Source: Caecitellus pseudoparvulus (lineage: Eukaryota; Protista; Bigyra: Bicosoecida). From it: DNA of 64,000 bases. The translations under genes and the position numbers were made by a program. Shown here one piece after another: positions 53,066-64,000 of this stretch (position 1 is its first letter; each line of letters opens with the position of its first letter). The notes under the pieces were generated by a model that was given only the letters and a program-made list of their open reading frames with translations, did not search any database and was not told where the DNA came from. Location of the stretch: the NCBI GenBank assembly GCA_965644315.1, contig CBFFRQ010000081.1:124001-188000 (forward strand). The letters run 5' to 3'.

Positions 53066-53520
53066 GGTTGACGATTAATTGGACTGTAGGCTTCCTTTTT
53101 TTAGCTAGCAGCTTTCGAATAGTGGGCTTGAGGTGCGCCGGGGTGGGGTGTAACGGTGTGGTGGTGGCAACGAGCTCGGCTCGATGCTGGGCAGCTCGAT
53201 AGGGTGGCGTAGGTGAGAATCAAGCACTTGCCAGGGGAACTGCTGTAGAGTGAGGATGTCGGTAGTTGGAAAAAGTTTGAGCTGCAGCCCAGACTGTTTG
53301 CCCTGCACTGGCTCGAGAGCCCACTGTCATCGCACATGAAACGCTGCTCGTCGCAACGCTACCATGCGGATGAAGCGGAGCCTGCTGGCAAGGTGCAGAA
53401 TGCGCGCTGGAAACGCAGCTAAGTGACCCGGCCCCCTTACACAGAGAAGACTTTTGAATTCGTTTCACAATTTGAAGCCCGAGACTGCACAGGCCCAGAA
53501 GCGTCTGCTGAACTTCGGAA

Positions 53521-56500
53521 TTACTTGGTCCAAGCAGTCCCGTACATGTCTTGCAGCGGAGCGGGAGGAGGACGGGCACCTTGATTCCACTGCCGATGAG
53601 CAGGCTTTGACTTGATGAACATTGGGTTCTCATCATGTTCGTCAGCAGCCCCTGCCCTCATGTAGCGCGGCAAGGATATCGGGTTCGGAACACTGAAAGG
53701 ACGCCTCCTGGGGGGCCGCGGGTACATATCAGGCGAGGGAGGTGCAGCTGCGTGTGGAATCTGTCTTGGCGGCAGTGCTGGCTCGCTGCCCCGGCTTTTG
53801 CGGAGCCTGGCCACGCCAGCAACAACAGCTAACGTAATCAGAACCACGCCGACTACCAGCAGCACTACACCGACAGCTGGAAAGCTATCCTCAGGTGCTG
53901 GTGATGACGCTTGCGCTGGTGGAGCGCTCTCAGCCACAGCAGCTGTGGTGCCAGTCACGCTCACAGATTCAAACACCTTCACAAGGTCGCTTCCTGTACC
54001 TGCTTCATCAGCTGCTGAACTTTTCAGGATGTTGACCATACTGCCGTCAGAGACAGACCTGTCCACGGTCGTTGCCAGGGACCTGGCTTCAGTCAAATCA
54101 GCAGCATTGATGGTGACATTAGCCTCAAGAGTCTCTATCTGAAGAGCCCGTCGCAGACCAGACCTTTGCGTTGAACATGGCCGCGTCAAAACCACAAGCA
54201 CAGCTTCAACGCTCACGCGGGCAACCCGCGCGACCGCCCTAGCGATGATGCGGATCAAAAATGAAGGTCTCGGAGCTGTGGCACAATTAACCCCTATGAC
54301 TTGCATCGCAACATTCACAGCTGCAACACCCGGTGAGGGAGCTGCAATCACTGTCGCTTGAGGAGTAACAGATGCGGAAACAGATGCCGTCGCAGAGGAT
54401 GAGGGTGAAGCCGTGAAGGATGCAGTCATTGACGGCGAGGAGCTGGAAGACACAAAGCTAGAAACGCTTGCTGTTGGCGTAGCGCTCACACTGCTCGTGG
54501 GTGTACCCGACACTGTCCCCGACGGTGACGACGACGGCGTGCCAGAGCTGGATGGCGTGCCAGATGGACTGCCCGTCGGCGTGCCGCTCACACTGCTCGT
54601 GGGTGTACCCGACACTGTCCCCGACGGTGACGACGACGGCGTGCCAGAGCTGGATGGCGTGCCAGATGGACTGCCCGTCGGTGTGCCGCTCACACTGCTC
54701 GTGGGTGTACCCGACACTGTCCCCGACGGTGACGACGACGGCGTGCCAGAGCTGGATGGCGTGCCAGATGGACTGCCCGTCGGTGTGCCGCTCGCACTGC
54801 TCGTGGGTGTACCCGACACTGTCCCCGACGGTGACGACGACGGCGTACCAGAGCTGGATGGCGTGCCAGATGGACTGCCCGTCGGTGTGCCGCTCGCACT
54901 GCTCGTGGGTGTACCCGACACTGTCCCCGACGGTGACGACGACGGCGTGCCAGAGCTGGATGGCGTGCCAGATGGACTGCCCGTCGGCGTGCCGCTCACA
55001 CTGCTCGTGGGTGTACCCGACACTGTCCCCGACGGTGACGACGACGGCGTACCGCTCACACTGCTCGTGGGTGTACCCGACACTGTCCCCGACGGTGACG
55101 ACGACGGCGTGCCAGAGCTGGATGGCGTGCCAGATGGACTGCCCGTCGGTGTGCCGCTCACACTGCTCGTGGGTGTACCCGACACTGTCCCCGACGGTGA
55201 CGACGACGGCGTGCCAGAGCTGGATGGCGTGCCAGATGGACTGCCCGTCGGTGTGCCGCTCACACTGCTCGTGGGTGTACCCGACACTGTCCCCGACGGT
55301 GACGACGACGGCGTGCCAGAGCTGGATGGCGTGCCAGATGGACTGCCCGTCGGTGTGCCGCTCACACTGCTCGTGGGTGTACCCGACACTGTCCCCGACG
55401 GTGACGACGACGGCGTGCCAGAGCTGGATGGCGTGCCAGATGGACTGCCCGTCGGTGTGCCGCTCACACTGCTCGTGGGTGTACCCGACACTGTCCCCGA
55501 CGGTGACGACGACGGCGTACCAGAGCTGGATGGCGTGCCAGATGGACTGCCCGTCGGTGTGCCGCTCACACTGCTCGTGGGTGTACCCGACACTGTCCCC
55601 GACGGTGACGACGACGGCGTGCCAGAGCTGGATGGCGTGCCAGATGGACTGCCCGTCGGTGTGCCGCTCACACTGCTCGTGGGTGTACCCGACACTGTCC
55701 CCGACGGTGACGACGACGGCGTGCCAGAGCTGGATGGCGTGCCAGATGGACTGCCCGTCGGTGTGCCGCTCACACTGCTCGTGGGTGTACCCGACACTGT
55801 CCCCGACGGTGACGACGACGGCGTGCCAGAGCTGGATGGCGTGCCAGATGGACTGCCCGTCGGTGTGCCGCTCACACTGCTCGTGGGTGTACCCGACACT
55901 GTCCCCGACGGTGACGACGACGGCGTGCCAGAGCTGGATGGCGTGCCAGATGGACTGCCCGTCGGTGTGCCGCTCACACTGCTCGTGGGTGTACCCGACA
56001 CTGTCCCCGACGGTGACGACGACGGCGTGCCAGAGCTGGATGGCGTGCCAGATGGACTGCCCGTCGGTGTGCCGCTCACACTGCTCGTGGGTGTACCCGA
56101 CACTGTCCCCGACGGTGACGACGACGGCGTGCCAGAGCTGGATGGCGTGCCAGATGGACTGCCCGTCGGTGTGCCGCTCACACTGCTCGTGGGTGTACCC
56201 GACACTGTCCCCGACGGCGACGACGACGGCGTGCCAGAGCTGGATGGCGTGCCAGATGGACTGCCCGTCGGCGTGCCGCTCACACTGCTCGTGGGTGTAC
56301 CCGACACTGTCCCCGACGGTGACGACGACGGCGTGCCAGAGCTGGATGGCGTGCCAGATGGACTGCCCGTCGGCGTGCCGCTCACACTGCTCGTGGGTGT
56401 ACCCGACACTGTCCCCGACGGCGACGACGACGGCGTGCCAGAGCTGGATGGCGTGCCAGATGGACTGCCCGTCGGTGTGCCGCTCACACTGCTCGTGGGT

Positions 56501-59500
56501 GTACCCGACACTGTCCCCGACGGCGACGACGACGGCGTGCCAGAGCTGGATGGCGTGCCAGATGGACTGCCCGTCGGTGTGCCGCTCACACTGCTCGTGG
56601 GTGTACCCGACACTGTCCCCGACGGTGACGACGACGGCGTGCCAGAGCTGGATGGCGTGCCAGATGGACTGCCCGTCGGTGTGCCGCTCACACTGCTCGT
56701 GGGTGTACCCGACACTGTCCCCGACGGTGACGACGACGGCGTGCCAGAGCTGGATGGCGTGCCAGATGGACTGCCCGTCGGCGTGCCGCTCACACTGCTC
56801 GTGGGTGTACCCGACACTGTCCCCGACGGTGACGACGACGGCGTACCAGAGCTGGATGGCGTGCCAGATGGACTGCCCGTCGGCGTGCCGCTCACACTGC
56901 TCGTGGGTGTACCCGACACTGTCCCCGACGGCGACGACGACGGCGTACCGCTCACACTGCTCGTGGGTGTACCCGACACTGTCCCCGACGGTGACGACGA
57001 CGGCGTGCCAGAGCTGGATGGCGTGCCAGATGGACTGCCCGTCGGCGTGCCGCTCACACTGCTCGTGGGTGTACCCGACACTGTCCCCGACGGCGACGAC
57101 GACGGCGTGCCAGAGCTGGATGGCGTGCCAGATGGACTGCCCGTCGGTGTGCCGCTCACACTGCTCGTGGGTGTACCCGACACTGTCCCCGACGGTGACG
57201 ACGACGGCGTGCCAGAGCTGGATGGCGTGCCACATGGACTGCCCGTCGGCGTGCCGCTCACACTGCTCGTGGGTGTACCCGACACTGTCCCCGACGGTGA
57301 CGACGACGGCGTACCAGAGCTGGATGGCGTGCCAGATGGACTGCCCGTCGGTGTGCCGCTCGCACTGCTCGTGGGTGTACCCGACACTGTCCCCGACGGT
57401 GACGACGACGGCGTGCCAGAGCTGGATGGCGTGCCAGATGGACTGCCCGTCGGTGTGCCGCTCACACTGCTCGTGGGTGTACCCGACACTGTCCCCGACG
57501 GTGACGACGACGGCGTACCAGAGCTGGATGGCGTGCCAGATGGACTGCCCGTCGGTGTGCCGCTCACACTGCTCGTGGGTGTACCCGACACTGTCCCCGA
57601 CGGTGACGACGACGGCGTACCAGAGCTGGATGGCGTGCCAGATGGACTGCCCGTCGGTGTGCCGCTCGCACTGCTCGTGGGTGTACCCGACACTGTCCCC
57701 GACGGCGACGACGACGGCGTGCCGCTCACACTGCTCGTGGGTGTACCCGACACTGTCCCCGACGGTGACGACGACGGCGTACCAGAGCTGGATGGCGTGC
57801 CAGATGGACTGCCCGTCGGCGTGCCGCTCACACTGCTCGTGGGTGTACCCGACACTGTCCCCGACGGCGACGACGACGGCGTGCCAGAGCTGGATGGCGT
57901 GCCAGATGGACTGCCCGTCGGTGTGCCGCTCACACTGCTCGTGGGTGTACCAGACACTGTCCCCGACGGTGACGACGACGGCGTGCCGCTCACACTGCTC
58001 GTGGGTGTACCCGACACTGTCCCCGACGGTGACGACGACGGCGTGCCAGAGCTGGATGGCGTGCCAGATGGACTGCCCGTCGGTGTGCCGCTCACACTGC
58101 TCGTGGGTGTACCCGACACTGTCCCCGACGGTGACGAGGACGGCGTACCGCTCACACTGCTCGTGGGTGTACCCGACACTGTCCCCGACGGTGACGACGA
58201 CGGCGTGCCAGAGCTGGATGGCGTGCCAGATGGACTTCCCGTCGGCGTGCCGCTCACACTGCTCGTGGGTGTACCCGACACTGTCCCCGACGGCGACGAC
58301 GACGGCGTGCCAGAGCTGGATGGCGTGCCAGATGGACTGCCCGTCGGTGTGCCGCTCACACTGCTCGTGGGTGTACCCGACACTGTCCCCGACGGTGACG
58401 ACGACGGCGTGCCAGAGCTGGATGGCGTGCCAGATGGACTGCCCGTCGGCGTGCCGCTCACACTGCTCGTGGGTGTACCCGACACTGTCCCCGACGGTGA
58501 CGACGACGGCGTGCCAGAGCTGGATGGCGTGCCAGATGGACTGCCCGTCGGTGTGCCGCTCACACTGCTCGTGGGTGTACCCGACACTGTCCCCGACGGC
58601 GACGACGACGGCGTGCCAGAGCTGGATGGCGTGCCAGATGGACTGCCCGTCGGTGTGCCGCTCACACTGCTCGTGGGTGTACCCGACACTGTCCCCGACG
58701 GTGACGACGACGGCGTGCCAGAGCTGGATGGCGTGCCAGATGGACTGCCCGTCGGTGTGCCGCTCACACTGCTCGTGGGTGTACCCGACACTGTCCCCGA
58801 CGGTGACGACGACGGCGTGCCAGAGCTGGATGGCGTGCCAGATGGACTGCCCGTCGGCGTGCCGCTCACACTGCTCGTGGGTGTACCCGACACTGTCCCC
58901 GACGGTGACGACGACGGCGTACCAGAGCTGGATGGCGTGCCAGATGGACTGCCCGTCGGTGTGCCGCTCACACTGCTCGTGGGTGTACCCGACACTGTCC
59001 CCGACGGCGACGACGACGGCGTACCGCTCACACTGCTCGTGGGTGTACCCGACACTGTCCCCGACGGTGACGACGACGGCGTGCCAGAGCTGGATGGCGT
59101 GCCAGATGGACTGCCCGTCGGTGTGCCGCTCACACTGCTCGTGGGTGTACCCGACACTGTCCCCGACGGCGACGACGACGGCGTACCGCTCACACTGCTC
59201 GTGGGTGTACCCGACACTGTCCCCGACGGTGACGACGACGGCGTGCCAGAGCTGGATGGCGTGCCAGATGGACTGCCCGTCGGTGTGCCGCTCACACTGC
59301 TCGTGGGTGTACCCGACACTGTCCCCGACGGTGACGACGACGGCGTACCGCTCACACTGCTCGTGGGTGTACCCGACACTGTCCCCGACGGTGACGACGA
59401 CGGCGTACCGCTCACACTGCTCGTGGGTGTACCCGACACTGTCCCCGACGGTGACGACGACGGCGTGCCAGAGCTGGATGGCGTGCCAGATGGACTGCCC

Positions 59501-62500
59501 GTCGGTGTGCCGCTCGCACTGCTCGTGGGTGTACCCGACACTGTCCCCGACGGTGACGACGACGGCGTGCCAGAGCTGGATGGCGTGCCAGATGGACTGC
59601 CCGTCGGTGTGCCGCTCGCACTGCTCGTGGGTGTACCCGACACTGTCCCCGACGGTGACGACGACGGCGTGCCAGAGCTGGATGGCGTGCCAGATGGACT
59701 GCCCGTCGGTGTACCGCTCACACTGCTCGTGGGTGTACCCGACACTGTCCCCGACGGTGACGACGACGGCGTGCCAGAGCTGGATGGCGTGCCAGATGGA
59801 CTGCCCGTCGGCGTGCCGCTCACACTGCTCGTGGGTGTACCCGACACTGTCCCCGACGGTGACGAGGACGGCGTACCGCTCACACTGCTCGTGGGTGTAC
59901 CCGACACTGTCCCCGACGGTGACGACGACGGCGTGCCAGAGCTGGATGGCGTGCCAGATGGACTGCCCGTCGGTGTACCGCTCGCACTGCTCGTGGGTGT
60001 ACCCGACACTGTCCCCGACGGTGACGACGACGGCGTGCCAGAGCTGGATGGCGTGCCAGATGGACTGCCCGTCGGTGTGCCGCTCACACTGCTCGTGGGT
60101 GTACCCGACACTGTCCCCGACGGTGACGACGACGGCGTGCCAGAGCTGGATGGCGTGCCAGATGGACTGCCCGTCGGTGTGCCGCTCACACTGCTCGTGG
60201 GTGTACCCGACACTGTCCCCGACGGTGACGACGACGGCGTGCCAGAGCTGGATGGCGTGCCAGATGGACTGCCCGTCGGCGTGCCGCTCACACTGCTCGT
60301 GGGTGTACCCGACACTGTCCCCGACGGTGACGACGACGACGTACCGCTCACACTGCTCGTGGGTGTACCCGACACTGTCCCCGACGGTGACGACGACGGC
60401 GTGCCAGAGCTGGATGGCGTGCCAGATGGACTGCCCGTCGGTGTGCCGCTCACACTGCTCGTGGGTGTACCCGACACTGTCCCCGACGGTGACGACGACG
60501 GCGTGCCGCTCGCACTGCTCGTGGGTGTACCCGACACTGTCCCCGACGGTGACGACGACGGCGTGCCAGAGCTGGATGGCGTGCCAGATGGACTGCCCGT
60601 CGGTGTGCCGCTCACACTGCTCGTGGGTGTACCCGACACTGTCCCCGACGGTGACGACGACGGCGTACCGCTCACACTGCTGGATGGCGTGCCCGAGACT
60701 GTCCCCGAGGGTGACGCCGTCGGCGTGCCGCTCACACTGCTCGTGGGTGTACCCGACACTGTCCCCGACGGTGACGACGACGGCGTGCCAGAGCTGGATG
60801 GCGTGCCAGATGGACTGCCCGTCGGTGTGCCGCTCGCACTGCTCGTGGGTGTACCCGACACTGTCCCCGACGGTGACGACGACGGCGTGCCAGAGCTGGA
60901 TGGCGTGCCAGATGGACTGCCCGTCGGCGTGCCGCTCACACTGCTCGTGGGTGTACCCGACACTGTCCCCGACGGTGACGACGACGGCGTGCCAGAGCTG
61001 GATGGCGTGCCAGATGGACTGCCCGTCGGTGTGCCGCTCACACTGCTCGTGGGTGTACCCGACACTGTCCCCGACGGTGACGACGACGGCGTACCAGAGC
61101 TGGATGGCGTGCCAGATGGACTGCCCGTCGGTGTGCCGCTCGCACTGCTCGTGGGTGTACCCGACACTGTCCCCGACGGTGACGACGACGGCGTGCCAGA
61201 GCTGGATGGCGTGCCAGATGGACTGCCCGTCGGTGTGCCGCTCACACTGCTCGTGGGTGTACCCGACACTGTCCCCGACGGCGACGACGACGGCGTGCCA
61301 GAGCTGGATGGCGTGCCAGATGGACTGCCCGTCGGTGTGCCGCTCACACTGCTCGTGGGTGTACCCGACACTGTCCCCGACGGTGACGACGACGGCGTGC
61401 CAGAGCTGGATGGCGTGCCAGATGGACTGCCCGTCGGTGTGCCGCTCGCACTGCTCGTGGGTGTACCCGACACTGTCCCCGACGGTGACGACGACGGCGT
61501 GCCAGAGCTGGATGGCGTGCCAGATGGACTGCCCGTCGGTGTGCCGCTCGCACTGCTCGTGGGTGTACCCGACACTGTCCCCGACGGTGACGACGACGGC
61601 GTGCCGCTCACACTGCTCGTGGGTGTACCCGACACTGTCCCCGACGGTGACGACGACGGCGTGCCAGAGCTGGATGGCGTGCCAGATGGACTGCCCGTCG
61701 GCGTGCCGCTCGCACTGCTCGTGGGTGTACCCGACACTGTCCCCGACGGTGACGACGACGGCGTGCCAGAGCTGGATGGCGTGCCAGATGGACTGCCCGT
61801 CGGTGTGCCGCTCACACTGCTCGTGGGTGTACCCGACACTGTCCCCGACGGTGACGACGACGGCGTGCCAGAGCTGGATGGCGTGCCAGATGGACTGCCC
61901 GTCGGTGTGCCGCTCACACTGCTCGTGGGTGTACCCGACACTGTCCCCGACGGTGACGACGACGGCGTACCGCTCGCACTGCTCGTGGGTGTACCCGACA
62001 CTGTCCCCGACGGCGACGACGACGGCGTGCCAGAGCTGGATGGCGTGCCAGATGGACTGCCCGTCGGTGTGCCGCTCACACTGCTCGTGGGTGTACCCGA
62101 CACTGTCCCCGACGGTGACGACGACGGCGTGCCAGAGCTGGATGGCGTGCCAGATGGACTGCCCGTCGGTGTGCCGCTCACACTACTCGTGGGTGTACCC
62201 GACACTGTCCCCGACGGTGACGACGACGGCGTGCCAGAGCTGGATGGCGTGCCAGATGGACTGCCCGTCGGTGTGCCGCTCACACTGCTCGTGGGTGTAC
62301 CCGACACTGTCCCCGACGGTGACGACGACGGCGTGCCAGAGCTGGATGGCGTGCCAGATGGACTGGATGTTGGTGAGGTTGAGGCGGTGGCACTCAGCTA
62401 TCGAAGGGATGGACTATGGTTTACAGAGGTGACTTCTTGAGTATACGTTGTGTGGCTTGATTTTGTAGTTTGCAGCTCGACACTGTTGTTTGGCCCAAGC

Positions 62501-62556
62501 GTTCTCTTTTCGCCAAGGGCAGAAGCAGCTGCTACACATAGGGCTAAAAGGAACAT
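53521..62556 (-). CDS. Giant S/G/T/P mucin-like type I membrane protein B, with in-frame TAG at 62398-62400 (nonsense allele, readthrough, intron or error)
   Basis: Signal peptide MFLLALCVAAASA is in the same frame as the 2928-aa repeat ORF. SEA-like domain paralogous to protein A, TM VGVVLLVVGVVLITLAVVAGVA, tail with NPI and NPM. True start may lie on an upstream exon (acceptor at 62568-62570). Confidence 0.8.
54481..62365 (-). repeat. ~7.9-kb coding minisatellite: 102-bp unit (SGTVSGTPTSSVSGTPTGSPSGTPSSSGTPSSSP) with interspersed 60-bp short units, roughly 80 units
   Basis: Period 102 (GCTCACACTG at 54484 and 54586) and 60-bp variants (e.g. 54990-55050). Units are near-identical. Copy number is estimated by eye. 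Confidence 0.97.
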
Positions 62557-63526
62557 CAGCACTAGGCCTGCACAAGACGATAAGAATACGTGGTGATCGT
62601 GTGTGACTCGGCAGCCCGTAACTGGGGGAAGGCAATGGCGCCTGAAGGATGGAGACGGCAAACCGGAAACACCGACGGCAGCGCAAGTTCTTGCAGCAGC
62701 GCGCTCGGCTCATCGAGAATGCCACTGGCTGGGTTCCCTGCCACTGGGGCGTGGAGCCGGCACACGAAAGGATACCACAAGCAATATGTAAGGGATACAG
62801 TGCACAGCAAGCTGCTGGGGGCGCAGGCACTCTCTTGGTCATCTGCCTCACTGCACGTGAAACCATTCACCCGCGCACACCATACACCGTCCACGTACCT
62901 GTGCTTCTCACGCGCCGCCACCCTCCACGGTGGGCCTTCAGCAAAGTCGGCATCTCAATGATACCGATGGTGCAAGGGGGCCTCTTGGATCTGCCCAGGT
63001 GGACGGGGCGAGGTGGGCCGGAATCACACGCGAACCTCGGAGCCCCGCGAGGTTTGGCACGTTCCTCCTTGTCTGTCCTTGTGGCGCCCCTGGCGACCTA
63101 CGTGGTCCAGGGGGTGCCAAGCAGACAACCGCACATTCACTCCATAGCAGCTCGGCCCTTCAAGCCTGTAGTTGGTCAGTTTTGCCGCGAAGGCGCTCCT
63201 CGTCACGGGTGCGCCGAGCCCCCCCCTCCCACCCCAAGGAACGGCGGCGCCTCGCTTTGCGGCCTCCCGAGTGCGCTGGGGCACACTGTTGCACTTTGCG
63301 AAAAGCACTTCGAGCAGCACACCAAACTTACTCCAACCCGCGTTATTCTCAATGTTGCCCCAACCTCCGAGCTCGACCTCCTGTTACCTGTTTTCGGGCG
63401 CGGTACCCGGAGCGGAAGTTGGCGTGGCGAGGAACGATCTGACCTACGGTACTCCATTGTCGGCCTCCTGGGATCGGAATACAACCAGGAAAGTCAGTCC
63501 CCTCACCCTTATCAGAGTCCGCTATC

Positions 63527-64000
63527 ATGGCATTTATATTTAGTCTGATCGCTTTCGGGCTCCTTCCAGTGCGTGCTGGGCGTCGAGGCAAGCTCGCATA
63601 TTGCCACGTGACCTCCTCCCACACCTGCCTTTCAGCTGGCGGTGGCACTCTTTTTCCTCGTCTCACTACCATTACCAAGATTCATTAACAAGTGGATCAC
63701 CTGGTTCACCGACAAGGTGCTTTTTTTCAAGTGCGTGTGCCTTTGAAGGGACATGTGAAACGCCCACGAAACGTCCCCGAACTGGCTTCCCCCGCAGGCT
63801 TCATGCACTCGTTGTGACGCTGCCCTTCATCGGAATCGTCATTCTCATTTCGGGTGTGACGCTGGTGGTGGCTATGCTGGGGGCTGCAGCGAAAGCAGAA
63901 GCCGTGGCAACTGCAAAGGCTGCTGGTCAGACGCAAGTGTCACACAGTCCCCTTGCCTTGAAGTGGCGTGAGGAGAGAAATGCCTGGTTGGCTGGATTCA
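63527..64000 (+). CDS. BAP29/BAP31 (Yet) family ER membrane protein, 3'-truncated by window edge
   Basis: Not in the ORF track. Introns 63569-63635 and 63731-63797 give MAFIFSLIAFGLLPLAVALFFLVSLPLP...KWREERNAWLAGF, matching the BAP31 motif FRAQRNLYIAGF. Confidence 0.75.

Noticed and set aside
51375-62365. CRISPR-like appearance of the regular repeats
   Set aside because: No unique spacers, units are contiguous 3n coding repeats, no cas genes, and the context is eukaryotic.
62398-62400. Genome-wide TAG=Gln reassignment
   Set aside because: TAG terminates well-supported genes here (ZIP, histidine phosphatase), and long conserved ORFs contain no internal TAG.
54413-62440. Huge plus-strand ORFs (PDGDDDGVPELDG and CQSWMACQMDC repeats) and an alternative minus-frame ORF
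   Set aside because: Automatic consequence of a stop-free 3n repeat unit. Only the S/G/T/P frame connects to a signal peptide, SEA-like domain and TM.
62649-63548. 299-aa plus-strand ORF and overlapping short ORFs
   Set aside because: No recognisable motif. Lies in the likely divergent promoter region between mucin B and the BAP31-like gene.

Overview
GC-rich, very gene-dense eukaryotic DNA with short GT-AG introns (mostly 60-105 nt, donors often GTGCGT), so many ORF-track entries are exon fragments or antisense shadows. TMEM218 implies a ciliated organism; a heterotrophic stramenopile is plausible, but that is inference. The first ~36 kb holds mostly housekeeping genes: ZIP transporter, UCH, FAAH2-like amidase, calpain, Cnx1-type MoeA-MogA, HPF1, TMEM218, DUF985 cupin, CCT, TypA, histidine phosphatase, PRDX5 and POP5. 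A low-GC island at ~12.2-13.6 kb, bracketed by an 11-bp inverted repeat, encodes a putative permuted papain-like enzyme. The region 36.5-62.6 kb is a cell-surface locus. It has a ~4500-aa receptor (propeller, FN3, EGF, PSI, CUB, TM) fused to a one-zinc RING-H2 variant, and two paralogous tandem-repeat mucins. These, plus a fourth membrane protein at 3.9-6.3 kb, share RxL(Q) putative processing sites (inside an SEA-like domain in three of them) and a cytosolic NP[LMI] motif. The larger mucin has an in-frame TAG where its paralog has the Gln of RQL. A BAP31-like gene runs off the right edge.
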